The notes beneath the pieces are model-generated. The model was not told the origin of the DNA. It saw only the letters and a list, made by a program, of their open reading frames with translations, and ran no database searches. Below, one piece after another: positions 37,862 through 47,740 of a stretch of DNA of 64,000 nucleotides. Each line of letters opens with the position of its first letter. The first letter of the stretch is position 1. Source of the stretch: an uncultured Pseudomonadota bacterium (GTDB lineage Bacteria > Babelota > Babeliae > Babelales > JAUPTZ01); NCBI GenBank assembly GCA_964429275.1, contig CAYSBJ010000002.1, positions 62,001-126,000 on the forward strand, written 5' to 3'. The position numbers were made by a program, and so were the translations under genes.

Positions 37862-37919
37862 GCACGTTACGTTTAGAAAGCGATAGTAAAAGATCAGAAA
37901 TGCTTAAGAGGGGACATTT

Positions 37920-38891
37920 CTAACATGAAACGAGGATATTATCAAGGGCGGTCGCCATTTCCTCTGCGGTTTGTAGTCGCACAAGGTAAGAGCGAAGCTG
38001 GGCAGCTCCCTCAACACCACGAATGTACTGTGGCAACTGTTTTTTAAATGGGTTAACGCCGCGCGAGCCGTAGAGGGCAATGTTCAAATCAAGGTGCATG
38101 CGGGCAACGCGTACCATTTCTGCAACAGTGATGGTAAAGGTCCGGCCAGTCGCCTCTTCCATAATTTCATGCATCTTCCATGGGCATCCCCAGAGTGCTC
38201 GACCAATCATAAATCCATCAACGCCGGTGCGCTCATGAACTTTGACCATGCGCGAGTAGTTGTTAATGTTGCCAGAAAAGATAACTGGCATAGTGACTGC
38301 CTGCTTTACCGCTGCGGTAATGTCATAATCGAGCGGGGACGTAAAGCCACCAGTTTGGAGGCGAGGATGGATAATCAGACCTTCAACCCCCAGGTCTTGG
38401 GCGATTTTAGCAATCTCTACGGCGTTAGCTTTTTTAAAACCGGAACGAATTTTGATGGTGAACGGAATCCGGCCATTCAGTGCTTTTTGCAAATCGGTTA
38501 CAATCTCTTTGTACAGCGGGATATTGTTCATGAGCGCGGAACCTGAGCCTGAACGAATAACCTGTGGCGCAGGGCAGCCCATGTTCAGGTTCAGCATTAC
38601 AAACTTGTGTTGCACAATCGCTTCAACTGCTTCTGCGAGCCAGCGCGTATTATTCGCTGATATTTGGTACGCCAGGGGTTGTTCGCAGTTTTCATAGGCA
38701 AATAGCGTTGGAACACGTGAATTTGCCACACACGCAATGTGGCGCATCTCAGTAAACAGCAGCTCTGTTTTTGAGTAGCGACGAATCAGCTGGCGGAGTG
38801 GCGAGTCGGTAATACCATCAAGGGGTGCCGCCATAACGCGTGGCACCTTCAGAGAGCCAAAGGAAATAGTTTCATGCCAAAAAGAACTCAT
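37920..38891 (-). CDS. dusB: tRNA-dihydrouridine synthase (DusB-like)
   Basis: APLDGITD, TEM, NLNMGCP, GSGSALM, TIKIRSG, IHPR, GFMIGR. Confidence 0.88.
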   Translation of the reverse strand: MSSFWHETISFGSLKVPRVMAAPLDGITDSPLRQLIRRYSKTELLFTEMRHIACVANSRVPTLFAYENCEQPLAYQISANNTRWLAEAVEAIVQHKFVMLNLNMGCPAPQVIRSGSGSALMNNIPLYKEIVTDLQKALNGRIPFTIKIRSGFKKANAVEIAKIAQDLGVEGLIIHPRLQTGGFTSPLDYDITAAVKQAVTMPVIFSGNINNYSRMVKVHERTGVDGFMIGRALWGCPWKMHEIMEEATGRTFTITVAEMVRVARMHLDLNIALYGSRGVNPFKKQLPQYIRGVEGAAQLRSYLVRLQTAEEMATALDNILVSC

Positions 38892-38893
38892 AA

Positions 38894-40327
38894 TTACTCC
38901 ATAAACGCGGCTGGATACTGCGTGTAGTAGTCGTGTTGTTGTTCAAATGCGTACGCAATTTGGTAGAGCAAGTCTTCTGAAAAGGCCGGTCCCATGAATT
39001 GAAAGCCAATAGGCAAGCCGTTTGATGCATAGCCACATGGAATAGACAAGGCCGGGAGGCCCGTAATGCAGTTTGGTACCGTAAAATAATCAGCCATATA
39101 TAATGTCAGTGGATCTCGCTCTGCTTCTCCAAGAGTAAATGGCAGAGTTGAAGCGGTTGGGCTAATAAGAACATCGACCGCTTTAAATGCTTCCTCATAT
39201 TCGGCGCGGATCATAGTACGAACTTGTTGGGCTTTGCCGTAGTATGCGTCAAAATAGCCAGAAGAGAGTACAAAGTTGCCCATCAGAATACGCCGCTGAA
39301 TCTCTTTGCCGAATGCATCGTGGCGAGTTTTTACATACATCTCACGAAGGGTTTCACCATGCTGGCGAGCACCATAGAGTGTGCCGTCAAAACGTGAAAG
39401 GTTTGAGGCGGCTTCAGCCCGACTGAGTACAAAGTATACGGCAATGCCGTATTTGAGGTTTGGCATATTGATGTAGCTTATTTTAGCCCCCATTTTTTCA
39501 AGGTCAGCAATTGCTTGGCTAAAAGATGCTTTAACTGTTTCATCTACGCCTGCTGATTCAAGGCTGTCACGCAACACGCCAATGCGAATCCCTTCTGGTA
39601 GCTTGCCGGTCAGATTTTTGGTGAAATCTTGTGGGCCTTCTTGGATAGTTGAAGCATCATGTCGGTCTACGCCAGACATTTGTGAAGCGATGAGTGCGTT
39701 ATCGTAGACGGTTTTAGTGATCGGTCCTGGCTGGTCAAAAGAAGAACAAAAAGCGATGAGACCGTAGCGAGAGAACCGTCCGTAGGTGGGATAGAGACCG
39801 GTTAATCCACAAAAAGAGGCCGGTTGACGAACAGAGCCGCCAGTTTCGGTGCCAAGTGCCCATGGCACCAGACCTGCACCGACAGCGGCAGCCGATCCTG
39901 AAGAAGACCCGCCAGGGCTATGGTGTAAGTTCCATGGGTTCTTTGTTGGGCCATATGCAGAATATTCACCCGATCCGCCCATAGCAAATTCATCCATGTT
40001 TGCGCGCCCAAGGCTGACTGCGCCCGCTTTTTTAAGGCGGTCAGAAACGGTGGCTTCATACGGAGCGGTAAAATTTTTAAGCATATTAGATGCTGCAGAG
40101 GCACTATGACCTTGCTGACAGATGTTATCTTTAATAATTCCTGGAATGCCGTACAGCGGCCCAAACGCGGCCGGTTCTGACGGGGCAAAAAGTTCTACCG
40201 TGCAATTGAGAGTTGCGGCATGCTTTTTGAGGCGGGCATGGTAGTAGGCGATTACTTCTTGCGTGCTTACGTGTTTAGCTGCAATGAGTTTCTGCAACTC
40301 TTTAATGGTTGTTTTTGGGTTGATCAT
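38894..40327 (-). CDS. gatA: Asp/Glu-tRNA amidotransferase subunit A
   Basis: IKDNI, NMDEFAMG, PGGSSSGSAAAV, TGGSVRQPA, EAASNLSRFDG, RRILMG..VLSSGY. Confidence 0.97.
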   Translation of the reverse strand: MINPKTTIKELQKLIAAKHVSTQEVIAYYHARLKKHAATLNCTVELFAPSEPAAFGPLYGIPGIIKDNICQQGHSASAASNMLKNFTAPYEATVSDRLKKAGAVSLGRANMDEFAMGGSGEYSAYGPTKNPWNLHHSPGGSSSGSAAAVGAGLVPWALGTETGGSVRQPASFCGLTGLYPTYGRFSRYGLIAFCSSFDQPGPITKTVYDNALIASQMSGVDRHDASTIQEGPQDFTKNLTGKLPEGIRIGVLRDSLESAGVDETVKASFSQAIADLEKMGAKISYINMPNLKYGIAVYFVLSRAEAASNLSRFDGTLYGARQHGETLREMYVKTRHDAFGKEIQRRILMGNFVLSSGYFDAYYGKAQQVRTMIRAEYEEAFKAVDVLISPTASTLPFTLGEAERDPLTLYMADYFTVPNCITGLPALSIPCGYASNGLPIGFQFMGPAFSEDLLYQIAYAFEQQHDYYTQYPAAFME

Positions 40328-40620
40328 TGTGCGTCCTTTGAAGAATCAACAACTTTTGGTACTACAAAATAATCGTCAAAGCGATCTGGTGCTTGTGCAA
40401 GAAGTGGGGTGCTGTCGGTTGCATGTGCGACATCTTCTCTAAAAATATTTTGGTTTTTTACTGCCGTTTGATGAGTATCCAGCGCTACTTCATTGAGCTG
40501 GTCAACGTAGGAAATAATGTTTTGAAGATCGGTTAAAAGTGCGTCAGCTTCGGTGTTTGAGAGGCTGAGCGCTGAAAGCTCAGCTAATTTTAAAATATCG
40601 CTGCGTTGTAGTTTTGCCAT
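40324..40620 (-). CDS. gatC: Asp/Glu-tRNA amidotransferase subunit C
   Basis: LAELSAL, L..II.YVDQL, FRED, LL.QAP, YFVVPKV; ATGA overlap with gatA. Confidence 0.93.
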   Translation of the reverse strand: MAKLQRSDILKLAELSALSLSNTEADALLTDLQNIISYVDQLNEVALDTHQTAVKNQNIFREDVAHATDSTPLLAQAPDRFDDYFVVPKVVDSSKDAQ

Positions 40621-40643
40621 GTGTAGTCCTTTGGTTAAAAATT

Positions 40644-41969
40644 TTATTGGGTGGCGCCAACACACTCCTGAGACGAGTGCTGAAGCGTAATCATTGAATG
40701 GTAGCGGAATGTTAAGATTACGACACCAATGATGTGCGGTACGAGTACCGGTATCATGAGGTAATCTTCAATGCGTGTTGTGAAATCAACCGATATGCTT
40801 GCAAAGCAGAAGATGCTCAGTGCGTTTATGGCGTAGTAAATATAAAGTCCGCGTTTACCGAAAAGGTAGCTATAAAATTGGCTGCCATTGTAGCTATTGC
40901 CGATAACGGTAGTAACCACGAAAAGGGTCGCACTAAAGAGCAAAATTGACGGGCCAATGAACGGAAAGTATTCGGCAAAAATTTTGGTGATTGCGCCAAG
41001 GCTATCATGGTTAAAATTGCTATGGGCATTCGTTACCAGCACGACCAACCCGGACAGTATGCAAAGAATGCCGTTTGAGTACACCGAAACAATAGACAAA
41101 ATACCTTGGTCAACAGCGTTTTCAGTGTTTGCCATTGAATGTGGAATGGTGGCCGTGCCAATGCCAGATTCATTACACATATATGCTTTTGAAAGTCCCC
41201 AGCGCATTGCGTTAGCAACGCTGGCAACCGCGGCGCCAATACCGATTGCTTTTGGATAGAGTGCGCTACTCAAAATAAGCCACAGAGCGTGCGGAATGAG
41301 AGAGACGTTGCAGCCCAAAATCCAAATCATGATAGCTGCGTAGAGTATAAACATGAATGGAACAAGTTTTTCTGCTACGGTGCTTACGCGCTTGATGCCA
41401 CCAATGACGACAAAAAGTGTAAATGCTGCGAGTAATCCACCGCAGAGCCAACTTGGTGTGCCGTAGGGTGAGACCATGCTTGCAAGGCGATTTGATTGTG
41501 AGCCAGACCAGATGATAATGAGAATGGCTCCAAAAAATGAATAGGCTGCCGGGATGAAAGCCGGGAATACCTTTTTAAGGTAATACATAGGCCCGCCGAC
41601 ACGATTTTCATCAGACGCTGGGTCTTTGAACTTGAGTGCAAAGGTAACTTCAGCAAAAGTAGCTGCACTGCCAAAAATGGTTGCGAGAAGGTAGCCCATC
41701 ATGGCCCCTGGTCCCCCGTAGTGAATGGCAATGAGTGGCCCGGTAATGTTTGAGATGCCGATGGTGGTTGCCATCGCAGAAAACAGCGCTTTATGTGCTT
41801 TAATCGTATAGGCTGACTGTTCGGTGCTGGCAAAGCTTTGCCGGAGCAGGGCGAACATGTGAGGAATAGCACGAATCTGAATAAATCGTGTTTTGATTGA
41901 AATGAGGATGCTGCCAAAAAGTAGCAACAAAATAGAACCAAGCATCACCATTTCTTGTGGTGCAACCAT
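40644..41969 (-). CDS. Alanine/glycine:cation symporter (AGCS family)
   Basis: ATTIGISNI, GGPGA, GGPMYY, GGIKR, LVPFM, NESGIG, QG. Confidence 0.92.
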   Translation of the reverse strand: MVAPQEMVMLGSILLLLFGSILISIKTRFIQIRAIPHMFALLRQSFASTEQSAYTIKAHKALFSAMATTIGISNITGPLIAIHYGGPGAMMGYLLATIFGSAATFAEVTFALKFKDPASDENRVGGPMYYLKKVFPAFIPAAYSFFGAILIIIWSGSQSNRLASMVSPYGTPSWLCGGLLAAFTLFVVIGGIKRVSTVAEKLVPFMFILYAAIMIWILGCNVSLIPHALWLILSSALYPKAIGIGAAVASVANAMRWGLSKAYMCNESGIGTATIPHSMANTENAVDQGILSIVSVYSNGILCILSGLVVLVTNAHSNFNHDSLGAITKIFAEYFPFIGPSILLFSATLFVVTTVIGNSYNGSQFYSYLFGKRGLYIYYAINALSIFCFASISVDFTTRIEDYLMIPVLVPHIIGVVILTFRYHSMITLQHSSQECVGATQ

Positions 41970-41997
41970 ACTTTCTCCTTGTGGTTAAAAATGTGCT

Positions 41998-43362
41998 TTA
42001 AATACGCTTTTCATACCAGCTGCTTTTGGCTAATTGCCGCCAAAAGGCAAACCCCATAAGGGCGGCATTAATGTAAAACATGCCATAAATAAGACAAAAC
42101 TTTGTACTTGCATCTTCGAAAGAACAGCGTGATAGGATATAGGATATCGGCAAAAAGAAAAGACCACAGATAAGAAAACGGGTCCACATAACAGTTTTAA
42201 CCTTGCCGGCTCCTCGTAACGCGGCAGCCATAATGAGTTGCGCAAAGTCAAAGATAACCAGGCAACTTAAGATGCGCAATAATGGAATAGCAAAGAAGGC
42301 TATTTCGGTGTTTGGTGAAAGCAAACTGACAAAGTAGGAAGCATGTATATTGAGGACAAGTAAGGTGCTGGAGACGATAACGCACGTGAAAATGAGAACT
42401 TTGCGAATGGTGAGCTTGGCCTCGACAAACTCTTGGGCTCCCAAGTGATTACTGACGAGCATGGTTACCACCTGTGCAAAGGCAGCGGCAGGCATAATGG
42501 CAGAGCGTTCCAAGTTCTTTATGATATCAAAGGTTGCGATGGAGATTGGGCCCATGGTGGCTAGCATTTTAGAGAGCCATACATACGAAAATGAAAGGGC
42601 GCTTTTATCAATGATGACTGGGATGCTGAAGCTGATGATGGCGCCAATGGCACGCCAATCAATGGCGAAAAGGCGAAGGTGGGCAAAGTAGGGGGCATAG
42701 ACTGGACTGCGATAAATACGCCAGAGGGCTAGGCAAAGCATTGAACTATATTCCAAAAGGGCGGCAAAGGCCGGTCCATAGATGCCGCAGCTCGGTAGTC
42801 CCCACCGGCCGCTGACGAGTGCGACGCTGCTAACCATGTAGATGACGCTACCGGCCAGGGTAATGAGCATTGGGGTATGGGTATTTTTTATGGCACGCAT
42901 AAAGCCAAGAATAGAAAGGAGGATGAAGGCGAGGAGTACACTGACTGATCGTAATCGGAGGAAAGGTGTCCCGATGAGCGCCATATCGGCCGGTACGCCA
43001 AGCCATTCATAAATGCGGTGGGCGTAGAGGTAGATGACCACGAGCTGCGCAAAACCCAGAAAAATGGCTGTCCAAAGGGTATTAATGAAATGGGTGCCGG
43101 AGGCTTTGTGGTTTTTTGCTCCGTTGTGCCTGCCGATAACGGCAATAGCGGCAACCGGAATTGCTTCAGAGAGTTTTACCAGAGTATGCAAGAAGTTGGT
43201 GGCCATGCCCAGCGCGCCGTACGAGGTGGTTGAATGGAGGCTTGCGACGAGGTAGGCGTCAAAGAGCGGTGGTAGGGCGACGGTGATGAATAGAATAATG
43301 AGTTCTGGCAGCCAGTACCAACATAAGGTACGCCACGTTTCCCCGGTGTGAACTTGTTCCAT
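41998..43362 (-). CDS. MATE family transporter
   Basis: Many TM segments with a two-fold repeat: RHNGA/NHLGA, GFMRAIKNT.TPM / AALRGAG..KT.M. Confidence 0.88.
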   Translation of the reverse strand: MEQVHTGETWRTLCWYWLPELIILFITVALPPLFDAYLVASLHSTTSYGALGMATNFLHTLVKLSEAIPVAAIAVIGRHNGAKNHKASGTHFINTLWTAIFLGFAQLVVIYLYAHRIYEWLGVPADMALIGTPFLRLRSVSVLLAFILLSILGFMRAIKNTHTPMLITLAGSVIYMVSSVALVSGRWGLPSCGIYGPAFAALLEYSSMLCLALWRIYRSPVYAPYFAHLRLFAIDWRAIGAIISFSIPVIIDKSALSFSYVWLSKMLATMGPISIATFDIIKNLERSAIMPAAAFAQVVTMLVSNHLGAQEFVEAKLTIRKVLIFTCVIVSSTLLVLNIHASYFVSLLSPNTEIAFFAIPLLRILSCLVIFDFAQLIMAAALRGAGKVKTVMWTRFLICGLFFLPISYILSRCSFEDASTKFCLIYGMFYINAALMGFAFWRQLAKSSWYEKRI

Positions 43363-43518
43363 GAAAGGCCCCTCGCATGCGTGATTAATCGATGGGCAGG
43401 ACTTTAGAGGAAAAAGGGTGGGATGGCAATGTTCGATTGGGAGCGGTTATTGGAAGGATTGGGGTCTTAAATAAGTAAAAATACTTATTTCATAGTGCTT
43501 TTTGTTGGTTTTGGGGGG

Positions 43519-43546
43519 TTGCAAAACATGGTTTTTGGTATAGGAT
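43519..43546 (+). promoter_or_regulatory. Candidate sigma70 promoter for the second SBP array
   Basis: TTGCAA-16 nt-TAGGAT upstream of the 43614 start. Confidence 0.4.
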
Positions 43547-43613
43547 ATGTCGTACAACCGTGGTTGTATTTGTAATCTTTTAGTTCAACACCAAACGAGT
43601 AAAAGGATGTATT

Positions 43614-44696
43614 ATGAAGTTAGTACGAAGCGGATCCCTCCACTTCAATACAAAAGGCAAAGCGAAACACCTCGTTTCTTTCGAGGTTGCCGGATTTCGC
43701 GTGGAATTCGACGCTGAGAAACTTAAAGAGAATATTCAGGGCCCAATTGCATTCGTGTTTAATCAACACAATAATGCGTGGGCCCATGATTTTATGTGCG
43801 CATTTAAAAATGCAGTAGGCGATTGGATGGAAGATGGCAAAGCGCCGGACTTTGATCATATCTTAACTACTGAATCTGATAGTGAATTAGCGGCAAAGAT
43901 AGTGAAACACCCGTTTTTTGCGAGAAATGCAAAGAAACGAGCGCTTCTTTTGACCGTTGGCAATGTGGCCAGTGCGGAGGTCTGCCGGGTACGGTATGCT
44001 TACAGCCGAAGTGATATTCCTCAATTATTTTGTGTGACCGGTGACCCTGAGAAGCTCGAGTTGACCTTTGAAGGGCGTTTGTTACCAAATACCAATGGCA
44101 TCTACATGACCGGTGCTCGTACCGTTAAGTCTCAAGTCAGGTCTCTAAAAAGTGTCAGCAAAGCTGTAAAAACCGTAGCGATTGTCTCTGGGGTTCGTCA
44201 TGGCTCTGATCTTGCTTATGCAGAAACAGAAGCTGAAGCAGAAAAGCTGGCGGTGGAGTGTGCTAAAAATGGCATGCGTACTATCCGATTACATCTCGCC
44301 GATGGCATGGATGTTGTGGGTGGTCTAATGCCGTTAGCTGCTCTTTTCGATGCGATTATTACATTGCGTGATGATACAGTGTATTCGTTGGCGAGAGAAA
44401 TATCTGCTTTCTGTGACAAAAATAAGATAGTTCATTTTGCATGCGACCTTTCCTCGGTTGCTCATGGCGCAGCAATTGGTTTTGGTACATCGGCTGTTGC
44501 TCATGTCCCTATTCTCATTGACTTTATCCGTCGCAGTGCGTCGTTGCATAAGCCACTTCATCAGTTGGGGTTGGCCGTTGCGGAAGAGCAGGTGGTTATG
44601 CACAAAAACGTAAGTAGTATTCTTAAGCAAGTGCGCGATCTGACGCAAGAAAAGATTGACTTGCTGAGCATGCGAGATATTCAGGCAATTTATTAG
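43614..44696 (+). CDS. ABC_sub_bind-like protein, no export signal
   Basis: LLTVG, IPQLFCVTGDP, NTNGI, FDAIITLRD, FACDLSSVAHGAAIGFG. Confidence 0.75.
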   Translation: MKLVRSGSLHFNTKGKAKHLVSFEVAGFRVEFDAEKLKENIQGPIAFVFNQHNNAWAHDFMCAFKNAVGDWMEDGKAPDFDHILTTESDSELAAKIVKHPFFARNAKKRALLLTVGNVASAEVCRVRYAYSRSDIPQLFCVTGDPEKLELTFEGRLLPNTNGIYMTGARTVKSQVRSLKSVSKAVKTVAIVSGVRHGSDLAYAETEAEAEKLAVECAKNGMRTIRLHLADGMDVVGGLMPLAALFDAIITLRDDTVYSLAREISAFCDKNKIVHFACDLSSVAHGAAIGFGTSAVAHVPILIDFIRRSASLHKPLHQLGLAVAEEQVVMHKNVSSILKQVRDLTQEKIDLLSMRDIQAIY

Positions 44697-44700
44697 GGGC

Positions 44701-44738
44701 AAAAGAGGAGCGTTATTCTGTGGGGGCGCTCCTCTTTT
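44701..44738 (+). terminator. Stem-loop, probable terminator, after the first gene of the array
   Basis: aaaagaggagcg ... cgctcctctttt. Confidence 0.6.
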
Positions 44739-44762
44739 CGCATAGTATGGGATGGGCGTGCT

Positions 44763-45762
44763 GTGAAGATACGAGTGAGTATTAATCGTGCCGTGTGGGT
44801 TGTTTTTTCCTTAGGAGCCTTGGCAGGTAGTTTTGGTTATTATATGTGGGTTCGTAAGTTTACCCACTCAAAGCCGCGTATTGCAGTTTTGACGAAAGAC
44901 TCGCCATTTTTTAACCAGGTGTGCAACGGCATTGAAGCAAGTGCTGCGGATTATTTTAAAAATGGATGTGAGATTCGCTATTTTTATGTTAAAGGCATGG
45001 ACAAAATTATCTACCAGACGATGGCTGAAGAGGCTTTTATGAGTAAGCCTGATCTCATAGTGCCTGTTGGGGTAACATTTTCTCAAGCATGTGTCTCTAT
45101 TTCTCGTCGAAGGCGTGCTGCCGTACCAGTTATTTTTGCGGGGCCTGGTGAACCGGTTGAGCAAGGACTTGTTTCGTCGTTAGGAGTGCGACCTGAAGCA
45201 GTAACGGGGGTTTCATTAGCACCCGTTGATTACCTTGAGCCGGCTCGGCTATTGCTGGCGGCTAAACCAACAGCGAAGAACATTTTGATTCCGTATTTCC
45301 ATACTGCTTCGGCAGGGATATTGGAAGCAGTATCCAACAAGCTTAAAGACTATTTTAATGAACATGGTGTTTTTGCGATTCCCTTGCCATTGAGAGATAT
45401 TAGTGAAGCAAAGGAACGTATTATTCCTTTTATGGATAGAGTGGATACGGTTATGTGTCTTGCGGGCGATGCAATTGCCGACGTAAATGATGTGCTAGTG
45501 AAGCTTTGTAGTCAGTACGGTGTTACCTTATTTGCCAAAGATGTTGAGTGTGTTCGTGGTGGGGCAGCGCTTGGATATGGGGTTGAAGCTTCGTTGATTG
45601 GAAAAAAAGTTATGCAGCTTGCCGATAGCATATTGAGACAGAAAATACATGCGGGGATAATTCCTGTTCAATCACATGTTGGTTCTTAATCAAAAGACTG
45701 CCGCATCGCAGGGGGTAGTTGTTACACCGGAGTTAGCATTGCTTGCTGGGGAGGTATATTAG
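44763..45762 (+). pseudogene. ABC_sub_bind-like protein with a frameshift near the C-terminus (ORF stops at 45689; the tail continues in another frame to 45762)
   Basis: PDLIVPVG, VPVIFAG..EPV..GLV, VTGV, GAALGYG; the shifted frame reads HMLVLNQKTAASQGVVVTPELALLA, matching paralog tails. Confidence 0.75.
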
Positions 45763-46806
45763 ATGTCGCGTGAATTTTTTGCAGCTGGTCCAAAGCAGAT
45801 CAGCGAGAAGGAACTACGCTCTAAAAACTTTGACATTGCGGTTTTGAGTAAGGATCTCCCATTTCACCGCCGTCTTACTAAGGGTTTTTGTGATGAGATT
45901 GGGCGTAGAACGATATCTGTCCCACGAGTGAGCCTTGCTCCTGCTGGTATGGCATGGAATGAAGCTTATGAGACGATGAAAAGAATTGCCCTAAGCAATC
46001 CAGATGCAATTGTAACCGTTGGGGCTTTATGTAGCCAGGTGGCGAGGTACGTTCTTAACGAACTCAAACTTGATATTCCTCAGTTCTTCGGAGGTGTCGA
46101 CCGACCTGACTTTCTTGGTTTGGTTTCTACTCCAGAAAACCATCACAGGACGACGGGCGTGAGCGCTGGCCAGCCTTTGTATATGGCCCATTTTAACGTT
46201 CTCAGTTTGCTGCGCCCAATGATGAAGCACTTGCTTATTACTTACTGTGTTGGCGGTGACAGTGGCGGCCTTGCAAATGCAGCGGCCCTTGGGCAGCAGT
46301 ACTATGTTGGGCGGAATGTTAAAGTTACCATTGTTCCATTTTATCCTGATGAGTCTCCCATTGAGCGTATTCGACCATTTCTTAAGACGGTTGATACGTT
46401 GACCTGTTTTGAGGGCTGTAACATTCAATCTTATAAGGACTCTCTTGTTAAGGAGTGTAAGCGTCGTGGAATAGTGATCTTTGCTAGCACGATAGAAATG
46501 ATAGCGGCAGGCGCTCCTCTTGGGTATGTTGCTGATTCTGAGTTAACAGGAAAAGCTCTTGCTGGTATGGCGTTTAACGCTCTTTGGTTGGATATTCCTT
46601 TTACTGCATTACCTATAACTTATTTAGGTTCAAATGCACGTCGAGTGGCCATAAATAATGCCGCGACAGCAGAGCTTGGATTAACCTTTGATGAAGCCCT
46701 TCTATGTTTATGCAAAAGCAGCAGTGTATATGGCGATGTTTTGCTAGGCGAGGCTGGCATTCTGAGGGGAGAGTTGGTACCTGAACAGAGCGAGATCAAT
46801 CTATGA
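45763..46806 (+). CDS. ABC_sub_bind-like protein, no export signal
   Basis: PDAIVTVG, IPQFFGGVDRP..LGLV, TTGV, GAPLGY, INNAATAELGL. Confidence 0.82.
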   Translation: MSREFFAAGPKQISEKELRSKNFDIAVLSKDLPFHRRLTKGFCDEIGRRTISVPRVSLAPAGMAWNEAYETMKRIALSNPDAIVTVGALCSQVARYVLNELKLDIPQFFGGVDRPDFLGLVSTPENHHRTTGVSAGQPLYMAHFNVLSLLRPMMKHLLITYCVGGDSGGLANAAALGQQYYVGRNVKVTIVPFYPDESPIERIRPFLKTVDTLTCFEGCNIQSYKDSLVKECKRRGIVIFASTIEMIAAGAPLGYVADSELTGKALAGMAFNALWLDIPFTALPITYLGSNARRVAINNAATAELGLTFDEALLCLCKSSSVYGDVLLGEAGILRGELVPEQSEINL

Positions 46807-47735
46807 AAATGAAAAGAATTGCGATGATGACTCGAGCCTACTATTCCTATCATCGGCAGGTTGGCTGGAGCTGTTTGGAGGCTATGAATAACCGCAGCGC
46901 AGAGGAGTGTAGTTCAAGTCTTATAATGTTTTTTTGCCGGGAGGCTTTACCTCAAATTATGTATGAGCAAGTAAAAGAGGTTGTCAATAACGGTTACGAC
47001 CTGATTATGCCTATTGGCGCCTTGTGGACTGATGTTGTTACCAAGTTCGTGCGTGAGAACAATGTAAAAACCCCTGTAGTGTTTGGTGGGGTAACAGATC
47101 CTGTGAGGATGGGCATATTGCCTGACTTAAAGGCAACATCGCAAATAACGGGGGTATATCGTGAAGCACCATCATGGGTTTTTGTGGCACGACTGCTACT
47201 TATTATTAAGCCTTCAATGAAGAAAATCGTTATTCCTTTTTATGAATATGCAGAAAATGGCCTCATTAAGCAGTTGCTAGAGAGAGTTCGCGACTATTTT
47301 GAGGCGCATGGTGTATCGTGTATCTTGTTTCCGGTTATGATCGTGGGAGTTTATCCAAAAGATTTGAATAACATGCTAGTGACTGTTGATACGTTGTGGT
47401 GTTTTGAGGGGAGCTTTCTTGATATATACAGTCAATCGCTTATTAACTTGTGTAATCAACATCATGTTACTTTTTTTTCTAATAACGCTGCCCATATTGC
47501 CTATGGTGCTGCGCTTGTATACGCGGCACCAAGTTTCAGTTCTATCGGCGAGGGGTTAATTACGCAAGCGTGCGCCATCTTGGATGAAGGGAAAACTACA
47601 CAAGAAATCGGTATCTTGCATCTTCCTAATGACAGAAAAATGATGGTCAACCTAACGGCAGCTAAATTGCAAGGTTTGGAGCTTAATGAGGCCTTGTTGT
47701 TAGCGATTCGCAATGAACTGTTGATTGTTGGGTAG
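46803..47735 (+). CDS. ABC_sub_bind-like protein, no export signal
   Basis: YDLIMPIG, TPVVFGGVTDPVRMG, ITGV, GAALVY, VNLTAAKLQGL. Confidence 0.85.
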   Translation: MKMKRIAMMTRAYYSYHRQVGWSCLEAMNNRSAEECSSSLIMFFCREALPQIMYEQVKEVVNNGYDLIMPIGALWTDVVTKFVRENNVKTPVVFGGVTDPVRMGILPDLKATSQITGVYREAPSWVFVARLLLIIKPSMKKIVIPFYEYAENGLIKQLLERVRDYFEAHGVSCILFPVMIVGVYPKDLNNMLVTVDTLWCFEGSFLDIYSQSLINLCNQHHVTFFSNNAAHIAYGAALVYAAPSFSSIGEGLITQACAILDEGKTTQEIGILHLPNDRKMMVNLTAAKLQGLELNEALLLAIRNELLIVG

Positions 47736-47740
47736 TCTAG

